The notes beneath the pieces are model-generated. The model did no database searches and had not been told where the DNA came from. It saw only the letters and a list, made by a program, of their open reading frames with translations. A DNA stretch of 64,000 nt from Bacteroidales bacterium (GTDB lineage Bacteria > Bacteroidota > Bacteroidia > Bacteroidales > VadinHA17), in NCBI GenBank assembly GCA_036261265.1, contig DATALC010000059.1, forward strand, positions 11,124 through 75,123. The letters are read 5' to 3'. The position numbers and the translations under genes were made by a program. Within the stretch, counting starts at the first letter, position 1. Each line of letters opens with the position of its first letter. Positions 55,947-64,000 of the stretch are shown in pieces.

Positions 55947-56204
55947 TTGAAAACCTCTGTCTTCCGGAATTTTAGTCTGTTGACTGTTATTAGTTTTCTC
56001 TTTCTTCATTCATCTCATGCAAACAAGTGAATCCTGGAAGGGAAGATATCAATTTCAATTCCGGCTGGAAATTCTATAAAGGGAATACAACCGGGCTCTG
56101 TGCTGCTTATCTATGTCCAGTCTCTCGATCAACCGGGCGAGACTGAAATAAAGGTCTCATCAGGTGCACTTTTAGGAGCCACAATAAGACTGAACATAAA
56201 GTAA
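55947..56204 (+). pseudogene. decayed remnant of a secreted glycosidase (GH2-like), split across three frames with an internal deletion
   Basis: Frame A holds the signal-peptide-like KTSVFRNFSLLTVISFLFLHSSHANK*. Frame B holds NPGREDINFNSGWKFYKGNTTG, like the N-terminus of Bacteroidota GH2 beta-galactosidases. Frame C holds LLIYVQSLDQPGETEIKVSSGALLGATIRLNIK*, like the terminal Ig-like strand of such enzymes. Only about 85 codons remain in total. Confidence 0.35.
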
Positions 56205-56233
56205 CAATCATTACCTGACCTTCGTCATCAGTC

Positions 56234-56278
56234 CTTTATAAACTTTACAAACTTTATAGACTTTACAAACTTTACAAA
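56234..56278. repeat. 5 tandem copies of a 9-bp unit (CTTTAYARA)
   Basis: The copies are ctttataaa ctttacaaa ctttataga ctttacaaa ctttacaaa. They lie 2 nt beyond the stop codon of the minus-strand aldo/keto reductase gene. Confidence 0.9.
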
Positions 56279-56280
56279 CT

Positions 56281-57252
56281 CTATTGCGACCACTCATTCG
56301 GCTCCCTGTCCCAGCGGTGCTTTTCAAGCTCCTTCATCAGCTTTGGATCAAGAGGTCCGGCATCGCTTGCAGAAAGATTACCGGCAACATGCTTTGATGT
56401 TCTCATTCCCGGTATGATCGTACTGACTGTATTCTCTCCAAGGATGAAGCGCAGAGCCATCTCGGGCATTGTTATTCCTTCAGGTACCAGTGGTTTCAGA
56501 GCATTAGCCCGGTCAACGCTTGCATTAAGGTTTTCAGGAACAAAGTATGTGTTTCGCCAGTCTCCTTCAGGCCATCTTGTGTCTCTTGTGAGAGTACCGG
56601 TAAGAGAGCCCTCGTCAAAAGGTACACGTGCAATAACGCCTGTATTCATTTGCCTGCATGCAGGGAAAAGTTCATCTTTCGGGTTCTGATCGAAGATATT
56701 ATATATCACCTGTACCGTATCTATAAGCCCGCTTTTTACTGCTCTGACACCATTCCACGGTTCCCACCGGTTAATGCTTATACCTATTGCATGAAAAAGC
56801 CCCTGTCTTTTAAGATCGATCATTTTATTGATTCCTCTTTCATCATCGAGCCAGCTATCTTCCCAGGTATGGAACTGCATAAGGTCAAATGAATCCAGAC
56901 CTGCGTTTTTAAGACTGCTTTCAACGTATTCCTGGATGTGATCAGGAGGAAAACAATCATCAAGAGTGTATTCTCTTCTGCTGGGCCATTTCCAGTTCTT
57001 TGGCGGCATCTTGGTCGCAGTATATAACCTCTTTCCTTTGTTGGCTCTAATAAGGCTCCCGAGGATGCTCTCGCTTTTTCCCGAACCATATCCCCAGGCA
57101 GTGTCGAAGAAATTACAACCCATATCTACTGCAAGCTGAAGCGCTGCAAGTATTTCATCGTTGTCCGATCCCGACCAGCTTGCAAGTCCCCACATGCCAT
57201 ACCCAATTTCGCTGATTTCCCAGCCTGTCCTTCCAAGTTTTCTGTATCTCAT
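56281..57252 (-). CDS. aldo/keto reductase
   Basis: The motifs MRYRKLGRTGWEISEIGYGMWGL...FFDTAWGYGSGKSE are typical of AKRs. The ATG at 57252 is preferred over the listed start at 57342. Confidence 0.85.
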   Translation of the reverse strand: MRYRKLGRTGWEISEIGYGMWGLASWSGSDNDEILAALQLAVDMGCNFFDTAWGYGSGKSESILGSLIRANKGKRLYTATKMPPKNWKWPSRREYTLDDCFPPDHIQEYVESSLKNAGLDSFDLMQFHTWEDSWLDDERGINKMIDLKRQGLFHAIGISINRWEPWNGVRAVKSGLIDTVQVIYNIFDQNPKDELFPACRQMNTGVIARVPFDEGSLTGTLTRDTRWPEGDWRNTYFVPENLNASVDRANALKPLVPEGITMPEMALRFILGENTVSTIIPGMRTSKHVAGNLSASDAGPLDPKLMKELEKHRWDREPNEWSQ

Positions 57253-57390
57253 AATTTTATTATTGAAGTATTCACTAAGATAACAATTAATAGAAGCTTT
57301 TGCAAACCTGAAGAAAAAATCGATGGTATGAATGAAATACATGTTTTTTCATTAGTTTCAGCCTCTTAACGATAATGACCCTGAATAAAA

Positions 57391-58368
57391 ATGAAAAAGA
57401 AGTTGCATTTTCTTTTACTTCTATTCGCTATCTTCATTTCAGGTTGCAGTGGAAAGAAATATTTTTCCGGCAATCCTGTCTTTCCCGGATGGTATGCAGA
57501 TCCCGAAGGTACTGTTTATGGAAAGAAGTATTGGATATATCCAACCTATTCTGCTCCCTACAAAGACCAGGTTTTTCTTGATGCCTTCTCTTCAAAAGAC
57601 CTTACAAACTGGGAAAAACACTCAGGGATATTAGATACATCAGACGTAAAATGGGCAAAGAAAGCAATGTGGGCTCCTTCTGTAATTGAAAGGGAAGGCA
57701 TGTATTTTCTGCTGTTTGGCGCAAATGATATTCAGTCTGATGAGGAATATGGTGGAATCGGTGTTGCTGTTGCAGATAAGCCTGGAGGACCCTACAGAGA
57801 TTACCTCGGCAAGCCCCTGATTGATAAATTCCACAATGACGCCCAGCCCATCGATCAGTTCGTTTTCAGGGATAAAGACGACAAGTTGTATCTGATTTAC
57901 GGCGGTTGGAGGCATTGCAATATTGTAAGACTTAAGGATGATCTCAGCGGGATCATTCCAATGGATGACGGAACTCTTTTCAGGGAGATAACCCCTGATG
58001 GTTACGTTGAAGGCCCGTTCATGTTTATCCGCAACGGGAAATACTATTTCATGTGGTCGGAGGGAGGATGGACAGGCCCGGATTACAGCGTTGCCTATGC
58101 GATCAGCAATAGTCCGTTCGGACCATTCGAACGGATTGGCAAAATACTTCAGCAGGATCCTGCGATAGCTACCGGCGCCGGACATCATTCAGTTATACAG
58201 GTTCCGGGTAAAGATCAGTACTATATTGTTTACCATCGCAGGCCTTTGGATCAGAAAGACCGTAATGCAAGAGTAACCTGCATCGACAAACTTGAATTTG
58301 ATGAAAATGGATTTATAAAACCTGTCAGAATTACAAATGAAGGAGTCCCTTCTCAAAAGTTGAAGTAA
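57391..58368 (+). CDS. glycoside hydrolase family 43 (beta-xylosidase / alpha-L-arabinofuranosidase-like), lipoprotein
   Basis: The lipobox is FISGC. The motifs NPVFPGWYADPEG, WAPSVIEREGMYFLLF and EGPFMFIRNGKYYFMWSEG are present. Confidence 0.85.
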   Translation: MKKKLHFLLLLFAIFISGCSGKKYFSGNPVFPGWYADPEGTVYGKKYWIYPTYSAPYKDQVFLDAFSSKDLTNWEKHSGILDTSDVKWAKKAMWAPSVIEREGMYFLLFGANDIQSDEEYGGIGVAVADKPGGPYRDYLGKPLIDKFHNDAQPIDQFVFRDKDDKLYLIYGGWRHCNIVRLKDDLSGIIPMDDGTLFREITPDGYVEGPFMFIRNGKYYFMWSEGGWTGPDYSVAYAISNSPFGPFERIGKILQQDPAIATGAGHHSVIQVPGKDQYYIVYHRRPLDQKDRNARVTCIDKLEFDENGFIKPVRITNEGVPSQKLK

Positions 58369-58397
58369 ACAGTTTATCAGGGCCGAATTGAAAATTA

Positions 58398-58452
58398 TAC
58401 GAAAAATTTCGTAACGAAAAAATTCGTATATTTGAATACGTAAATATTCGTA
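58398..58452 (+). promoter_or_regulatory. three copies of a 16-bp palindromic operator-like site TACGAA-N4-TTCGTA
   Basis: The copies are tacgaaAAATttcgta (58398-58413), aacgaaAAAAttcgta (58413-58428) and tacgtaAATAttcgta (58437-58452). The last copy ends 12 nt before the ATG at 58465. Confidence 0.4.
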
Positions 58453-58464
58453 ATTCATTTATCA

Positions 58465-59562
58465 ATGAAAACAAACCCTTTCAAATTCGGAACAATCGTT
58501 GACGGGGAATTTTTCATAGATCGTAAAGATGAGCTCCGTGATATTTCCTCCTACATTGAAAGCGAGAATCACTTAACGCTTATAAGTCCCAGGAGGTATG
58601 GGAAAACAAGCCTGATTAAAAAAATAATCAAAGACTCTGCCCGACAAAGCATTTATCTTGATCTGCAATTAATACTTTCAGTTCAGGATTTTGCAGCACA
58701 GCTGTTGAAACGGATCTACAGGATATATCCTGTTCAGAAATTAAAAGCATATATAAAAAGTTTCAGGATAATTCCTGTTGTAAACATAAATCCTGTCACT
58801 GGTCAGACAGAGGTTTCATTTAAACCGGAGATACAAACGATGGCTCCTCTGGAGGATGTACTTAATCTTGCTGAAAAATTATCAGATGGCAGGAAAAAGC
58901 TTGTAGTCGTTCTTGATGAATTCCATGAAATTTTCAGGATTGACACCACCCTTGATCGTTTTCTAAGATCGGTGATGCAATCTCATAAGAATATCAATTA
59001 TGTAATTCTGGGAAGCAATGAATCAATGCTGAGAGAGATCTTTGAAAAGAAGAGTTCTCCTTTCTACAGGTTTGGTATACTGATGAAACTTGAAAAGATT
59101 CCGAAACCGGAGTTTTATGCATTTCTCTCAGATAAATTCCGAAAGCTGAACAAAAATTATGAAAACATCTCAAACCAAATCATCGATATAACTGATTCTC
59201 ATCCCTTCTACACACAACAACTGGCATTCGAAGTTTGGGAAAATCTTGTGTTATCCGGTTTTAGAGATGACATCGTAGATGTTACGGCAGACAAGTTAAT
59301 TCACAACCATGACAATGATTTTGAACGTTTGTGGAACACCCTGAACAGAATCGATATGATTATACTAACAGGAATTGCCTCCAGCCCGGCATCTCCTTTA
59401 TCGGAAGAATTCTCGAGGGCTTTTGATACAGGAGCAACCACAACAGTATACAGCTCTTTACAAAGGCTTGTAAACAGAGGCATGCTTGTGAAAGAAAAGA
59501 AAAAGTATATAATTGATGATCCATTTTTTAAAAGATGGATTTTATACAGGAGACAAGTATGA
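58465..59562 (+). CDS. AAA-type ATP-binding protein (Arch_ATPase-like) with a C-terminal winged-helix-like region
   Basis: The N-terminus is NPFKFGTIVDGEFFIDRKDEL. Walker A is SPRRYGKTSL and Walker B is VVVLDEFHE. Confidence 0.75.
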   Translation: MKTNPFKFGTIVDGEFFIDRKDELRDISSYIESENHLTLISPRRYGKTSLIKKIIKDSARQSIYLDLQLILSVQDFAAQLLKRIYRIYPVQKLKAYIKSFRIIPVVNINPVTGQTEVSFKPEIQTMAPLEDVLNLAEKLSDGRKKLVVVLDEFHEIFRIDTTLDRFLRSVMQSHKNINYVILGSNESMLREIFEKKSSPFYRFGILMKLEKIPKPEFYAFLSDKFRKLNKNYENISNQIIDITDSHPFYTQQLAFEVWENLVLSGFRDDIVDVTADKLIHNHDNDFERLWNTLNRIDMIILTGIASSPASPLSEEFSRAFDTGATTTVYSSLQRLVNRGMLVKEKKKYIIDDPFFKRWILYRRQV

Positions 59563-59596
59563 ATTTATATCATGCAATAATTTAGACTTTCATGAA

Positions 59597-60661
59597 ATGA
59601 AAAAATTCTTATTATTAATCCTGCTTTCTTCAATCCGGATCAGCGCTATTCCGCAGCAACTTACAATGGAACAGGCAGTAAAGCTTGCAAGGCTTCCTTT
59701 GAATTGTATCAATACCGAATATCCGAATAAAACAAGTCACCTTATCAATGATGCTGCCGATGCTGTAATGACACCGGCTCAGCTTCATCCGGCTTTTTAC
59801 GGCTGCCTCGACTGGCATAGCAGCGTTCACGGTCATTGGATGCTTGTAAGAATACTGAAACAATTTCCGGGTATTCCAATTCGCGATAGTATTTTATCGG
59901 TCCTTCACAATAGCTTCAATGAAGGAAAGATAAGGGCAGAAGCAGATTATTATGTAAAGTTTAAAAACAGCAACACATACGAACGTACTTATGGCTGGGC
60001 ATGGCTGCTCAAGCTTGACCAGGAATTAATTGATTTTGATGATCCTGCGGGAATTGAATGGCATAAAACATTACAACCTCTTACGAATAAAATTGTCGAG
60101 CTCTGGAAAGATTACATTACAAAACAAACATACCCTAATCGTACAGGCGTTCATCCGAATACGGCTTTCGGACTTGTTTTTGCACTCGACTGGGCAAGAG
60201 CTGTGCATGATACAGCTTTTGAAGCTGCGATCGTAAGAAAAGCGAATGAGTTCTATCTTAACAATATTGAAACGCCTGCTTATCTCGAACCTGACGGAAC
60301 GGATTTCCTCAGTCCGAGTCTTGAGATTGCTGATCTGATGAGTCGGATATTACAACCAAAAGACTTTGAAAAATGGTTCAAAGAATTCTATAAACCTGAA
60401 AGTATTGCCAATCTTGTAAAGCTTCCTGTTGTGAGTGACCGTTCCGACTACCTGATCGTACATCTCGACGGACTTACACTGAGCAGGGCATGGTGCATGA
60501 AAGGTCTCGCCCGGGCGCTTCCTGAGAAGAACAGCACAGGAAGATTATTTACGAGAACATCTGAAATATTTCTTGAGCAGGCTTTGCCGAATGTTCTCAG
60601 CGGGAATTATGGAGGTGAGCACTGGCTTGCGAGTTTTGCGGTTTATGCCTTGAGTTTGTAG
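59597..60661 (+). CDS. DUF2891 family protein (secreted, alpha/alpha-toroid-like)
   Basis: After the signal peptide MKKFLLLILLSSIRISA come the motifs CINTEYPNK, HPAFYGCLDWHSSVHGHWMLVR and YGWAWLLKL. The listed start 59513 overlaps the upstream gene. Confidence 0.7.
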   Translation: MKKFLLLILLSSIRISAIPQQLTMEQAVKLARLPLNCINTEYPNKTSHLINDAADAVMTPAQLHPAFYGCLDWHSSVHGHWMLVRILKQFPGIPIRDSILSVLHNSFNEGKIRAEADYYVKFKNSNTYERTYGWAWLLKLDQELIDFDDPAGIEWHKTLQPLTNKIVELWKDYITKQTYPNRTGVHPNTAFGLVFALDWARAVHDTAFEAAIVRKANEFYLNNIETPAYLEPDGTDFLSPSLEIADLMSRILQPKDFEKWFKEFYKPESIANLVKLPVVSDRSDYLIVHLDGLTLSRAWCMKGLARALPEKNSTGRLFTRTSEIFLEQALPNVLSGNYGGEHWLASFAVYALSL

Positions 60662-60669
60662 ATTTTTGA

Positions 60670-60690
60670 GCATCGTTGTAACAATGATGC
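60670..60690. terminator. weak hairpin between convergent genes (possible bidirectional terminator)
   Basis: GCATCGTTG-TAA-CAATGATGC has 8/9 bp pairing. There is no clear U-run on either side. Confidence 0.2.
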
Positions 60691-60693
60691 AAT

Positions 60694-61299
60694 TCAGTCA
60701 TCATCTCTTTCGGTCAGTTGTTTTTCAAATAATGATATTTCAGCCAGCAGTTTTGATCTTAATTTAACGGCAGTTTCATCTTTTAACAGTTTCTGAAGGC
60801 TGATAAACCTGCTCATATTTGTACTGAACTCTCCGGTTTCAATCAGACCGGATATCCATGTTCTGAAATCATTTGTAAGTAGTTTATTGCACCATTCAGC
60901 CACCTCCTTAGCGTAGCCTACACTTTCATGTCCCCATATTTCCAATTTGTCTATACATTCAACAGGCCTGTTACAGATTAAATCAAGAAGATATGTGTTT
61001 TGGAAAGCAGTTTTATATGCAAGACGAATTGCGTCTTTCCCGCGTTTATTTTTGAAAAAGGTGAATGACCAGAAAAGATTAAAAAACGGCAGACCAATAT
61101 CATTCGGAAACTCTCTTGAGAACCATCTGAAATAGGCTATGGCTCCTTTGTAGTCGCCGAGTTTAAGGTATAACTCAGGGATGATGTAACGAATGCCGCT
61201 ATTGTCAAAGTAGCCGCCGAATCTTCTTTTTTCAGAGGCTAATCTTGAGCGATAAACTTTGATCTTATCTTTAATTATTTCAAGTTGTTTTTCATTCAT
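60694..61299 (-). CDS. hypothetical helical protein
   Basis: This is a 201-aa ORF with no signal peptide and one TPR-like segment (LYLKLGDYKGAIAYFRWF). No family was recognised. Confidence 0.5.
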   Translation of the reverse strand: MNEKQLEIIKDKIKVYRSRLASEKRRFGGYFDNSGIRYIIPELYLKLGDYKGAIAYFRWFSREFPNDIGLPFFNLFWSFTFFKNKRGKDAIRLAYKTAFQNTYLLDLICNRPVECIDKLEIWGHESVGYAKEVAEWCNKLLTNDFRTWISGLIETGEFSTNMSRFISLQKLLKDETAVKLRSKLLAEISLFEKQLTERDDD

Positions 61300-61780
61300 G
61301 GATCATTATGCTTAAACAATGGTTCAAAATTAAAACAAAGTACAGGATTTAGAGTTATAACTTAAGACATTAATATACAATATGTTTCAAAAAGATGAAT
61401 TGGAATTACATTTTTAAAATTTCACTTGCTTGTGGAGAAGCAAGGACAAACGCCTGATGTACTATCCGAATTGTTTATATTTGACAAATTCGATCAGGCT
61501 GAACCTAATGGAACAATATGCTCTTTCGGTTTATGCGGCGGTTTATGCGGCGGATTTATTATTTATACGCATATCTTGAAAGCACATCAGAGCGTCAACG
61601 AGCAGAGGCGAGATGAACTAAAGCAACAGAAAGTAGATAAATAAGCAATAGATACTCTCTGCGATTTGCCTTCTGGACATGAAAAACAAAAGTCTTTCAT
61701 CTTCCTCTACCTTGTCGTTGATCTTAATTGTCGCGAAAGCGAGCGAACTGACAATCGCCCGCATTAGTTTTTGCTAATGA

Positions 61781-62545
61781 TTATTTTTCAAGAATTCTAA
61801 TGCCCAGAATGCAAATATCATCAGTTTGCTCATTTTCCCCTTTCCATTCAAAAAATGCTTTCTCAAGAAGCCTTTTTTGCTCCGACATTGTATTTGAATT
61901 TATTGAGATTAATTGATCTTTAAATTGTGCTGACATATATTTTTTAAATTTCCTTCCACCAAATTGATCTACATAGCCATCAGAAAATAAGTAAATAGTG
62001 TCACCCTTTTGCAATGGTATCACATTGGTCATAAATGGATCCGGATTCATTATTGAACCTATACCTTGTCTCGTCGGTTTAGTTTCAATTAATTTTCCCT
62101 CTCTTACAATCCATAAAGGTCTGTTAGCTCCAGAGAACTGGAGTCTATCTTCTGTTATAGAGCACAATGCTATATCCATACCATCGTTTACGGATTGACC
62201 ATTTCTTTTAAAGTCACTCAACCGAATCTCTAAAGTCTTATCCAAAATATGACCTGGTATGACCATTCCAAACTCTTTCATAGATTTCTCAATTAACCTA
62301 TGACATATTACTGTAAGCATTGCACCTGGAACTCCATGGCCTGTACAATCTGCAACTGCAAAAAGAACCGTATTATTGACTTCCCTAATCCAATAGAAGT
62401 CACCTGAAATCGTATCCTTCGGTAAATAAATGATGAAACTTTCAGGATATATTCTTTTTATTTCGCTTTCTGCAGGAAGAATTGTGTCCTGAATTCTTTT
62501 TGCATTTCTATAGCTATCAAATACTTCAGTTTGGGTGAGTGTCAT
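61781..62545 (-). CDS. stand-alone PP2C/SpoIIE-type serine/threonine phosphatase
   Basis: 254 aa. The motifs ISGDFYWI, ADCTGHGVPGAMLT, DGMDIALC, LFSDGYVDQFG and DDICILGIRI are metal-binding Asp motifs of the PPM/SpoIIE family. Confidence 0.85.
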   Translation of the reverse strand: MTLTQTEVFDSYRNAKRIQDTILPAESEIKRIYPESFIIYLPKDTISGDFYWIREVNNTVLFAVADCTGHGVPGAMLTVICHRLIEKSMKEFGMVIPGHILDKTLEIRLSDFKRNGQSVNDGMDIALCSITEDRLQFSGANRPLWIVREGKLIETKPTRQGIGSIMNPDPFMTNVIPLQKGDTIYLFSDGYVDQFGGRKFKKYMSAQFKDQLISINSNTMSEQKRLLEKAFFEWKGENEQTDDICILGIRILEK

Positions 62546-62566
62546 GGGGATAATCTGTAATTACAA

Positions 62567-64000
62567 TTATGCAATCGGCATACCCCCTATGAGCTTTTTG
62601 CCCTTCTCAGTAATAATGTATTTTTGATTTGGATCATTGGGCTTCTCAGGAATTGTAAGTTTAATCAAATCATTCTTTCTCAATACGCTTAAATAGTTTT
62701 CCCTAAAACTCTCTTTGCTCTCAAAACCAGAAAAGGTTAGCGCCTCATCTATACTCATTTCTACTATAAGTCCTATTAAAATCCTCATTAAAATCTTCCC
62801 TTTTTTCTCAATGAAGTTCCCTCCAAATTCTAATAAGGTTCCCTCCATTTTATTTGACCATTTTTCTAACATCTTCTTTTTCAATAAATTGAAACCTATA
62901 AGCTTCCCTTCATTTTCAAGGAGGGTTCCAATAAATAGGCTTATGAAGTTCTCTTTTTCGTATATTTCACTAAGCTTTGTATTGATAGATAGATCCTTAA
63001 GTTGATTTATCCTTTCTTCACTAATTTCTTCTGTTAAAATTTCAAATAGATCAAGGTAAAAGATATACCGACTTTGAATCTGAGATCCTTTTAATGGAAT
63101 GACAGTAATAAACATATCATCCTCTTGAAATAAAGGAACAGCACCTCTACTATAGATATCAAGAAATTTGGTGACATTCCGTACCCCAGAACCTGCTTCA
63201 TCAGCCCATCCAAGAACATTAAAAAATTTACGTAATAAAGGGTTTTTAGGGTAGTGTCTGAATTTACCAAGTTCTAATAATCCTTTTTTATAAATTATAT
63301 TTGGATTCTTTGCTTCAACACGATCCTTATAAATAATAATTTCAGTAGGTAAGGCGTTACTATATTCACGATGAATTATAACATTACTAATGATTTCACG
63401 AAATATAAGATCTCTAAGATCTTTTCTTTGGGCTCCATCCTGGTAAAATGCTTCTGGCAAATGGCCTTTAACAAAATTGAGTGCGCCTGTTTGAGTATCA
63501 ATAAGATTAGTCGAAAAAGTTTTACGATCATCCCATCTATCAATATCGTTTTTCCTGACAAAAATATCTAACTTATAAGCAGGCAAAACTCTTCGTATAG
63601 TCTCATCCTTACCAAAAAGAAGAACCGTAGCCAAACAATAAATTATCTCACCACTACTTTCATCATATTCTGAAAGATTACTTCCATGAATTATTTCATC
63701 ATCTGACATTGTAAGCCATTGATGTGTAGAACTTACCTCTCTTGCAATGGATTTAGCTTTTTCAATGAGTCTAAGATCGAGATCTGCCTTTGTTATAAAA
63801 GGCAATGTTTCGGAAACAGTATTCTTTCGCCTGATTGAATACAACTCCATAATATCTTGAGGTTCTGAAACTCTGATCGTTTCTGATCCTACTCTTTTAT
63901 ATAGTGCCTGACCAGAATAATGTAATACAGGACTGCGAGGCACATCAATAATTAAAAAGTGACCATCCTTGAATTGGTCAATCTCCATAATAAATCCATA
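62567..64000 (-). CDS. AlbA_2 (Schlafen-like) + HATPase_c_4 + C-terminal wHTH putative DNA-binding protein; N-terminus lies outside the window
   Basis: The frame stays open upstream of the listed Met to position 64000. FREIISNVIIHREYS and NPNIIYKKG...PKNPLLRKFFNVLGWADEAGSGV are typical of the RecG-like putative transcriptional regulator family. The tail is PEKPNDPNQKYIITEKG. Confidence 0.7.
   Translation of the reverse strand, partial: YGFIMEIDQFKDGHFLIIDVPRSPVLHYSGQALYKRVGSETIRVSEPQDIMELYSIRRKNTVSETLPFITKADLDLRLIEKAKSIAREVSSTHQWLTMSDDEIIHGSNLSEYDESSGEIIYCLATVLLFGKDETIRRVLPAYKLDIFVRKNDIDRWDDRKTFSTNLIDTQTGALNFVKGHLPEAFYQDGAQRKDLRDLIFREIISNVIIHREYSNALPTEIIIYKDRVEAKNPNIIYKKGLLELGKFRHYPKNPLLRKFFNVLGWADEAGSGVRNVTKFLDIYSRGAVPLFQEDDMFITVIPLKGSQIQSRYIFYLDLFEILTEEISEERINQLKDLSINTKLSEIYEKENFISLFIGTLLENEGKLIGFNLLKKKMLEKWSNKMEGTLLEFGGNFIEKKGKILMRILIGLIVEMSIDEALTFSGFESKESFRENYLSVLRKNDLIKLTIPEKPNDPNQKYIITEKGKKLIGGMPIA

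Noticed and set aside
61426-61644. 72-aa TTG-initiated ORF containing a 12-bp tandem duplication (CGGTTTATGCGG x2 plus a partial third, 61527-61559) that encodes GLCGGLCGG
   Set aside because: It has no recognisable family, a weak start and low-complexity content. It could be a real small Cys-rich peptide, but the evidence is insufficient to call a gene. The duplication itself is real in the sequence.
1-64000. Search for tRNA, rRNA, CRISPR arrays, transposases, integrases and prophage genes
   Set aside because: By eye I found no T-loop or acceptor-like tRNA signatures in the intergenic regions. I found no regularly spaced direct repeats and no DDE/tyrosine/serine recombinase-like ORFs. Absence is by visual inspection only and should be confirmed with tRNAscan-SE, Infernal, a CRISPR finder and ISEScan.

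Overview
The window looks like a chromosomal segment of a Bacteroidota genome. The evidence is TAnnTTTG-type promoter boxes, T9SS C-terminal sorting domains, DUF5916/DUF4097/DUF2723 families and a lack of Shine-Dalgarno spacing. I recognised no rRNA, tRNA, CRISPR array, transposase or integrase. The left part (1-35 kb) is mostly housekeeping and envelope genes. It holds a minus-strand translation cluster rplM-rpsI-rpsB-tsf-(terminator)-pyrH-frr, a radical SAM/SPASM enzyme and a truncated guanine-deaminase-like ORF abutting an MPG-family DNA glycosylase. It also holds a DUF2723 membrane protein, purD, a large ABCG-like transporter, two paralogous CBM9/DUF5916 proteins and a ferritin-like/VIT1 transporter. 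The same stretch carries an ECF sigma/anti-sigma/2xDUF4097 operon, an orphan histidine kinase and a TonB-like protein. The standout is a 19.6-kb, single-strand locus (36.3-55.9 kb). It encodes three DUF4402/SCPU-like pilin-type subunits, a PapD-like periplasmic chaperone and an usher-like outer-membrane protein with two C-terminal SPOR domains. Between chaperone and usher sits a 4469-aa beta-helix/Ig-repeat giant protein ending in a T9SS sorting domain. This looks like a chaperone-usher-like pilus machine wired to a T9SS cargo. A G8 homopolymer lies inside one pilin gene. The right end (56-64 kb) holds a decayed glycosidase remnant, AKR, GH43, an Arch_ATPase-type gene behind a triple palindromic operator and DUF2891. 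It finishes with an AT-richer accessory segment carrying a stand-alone PP2C phosphatase and an AlbA_2/HATPase_c_4 protein. All calls rest on reading the ORF translations and the DNA by eye; no searches were run.
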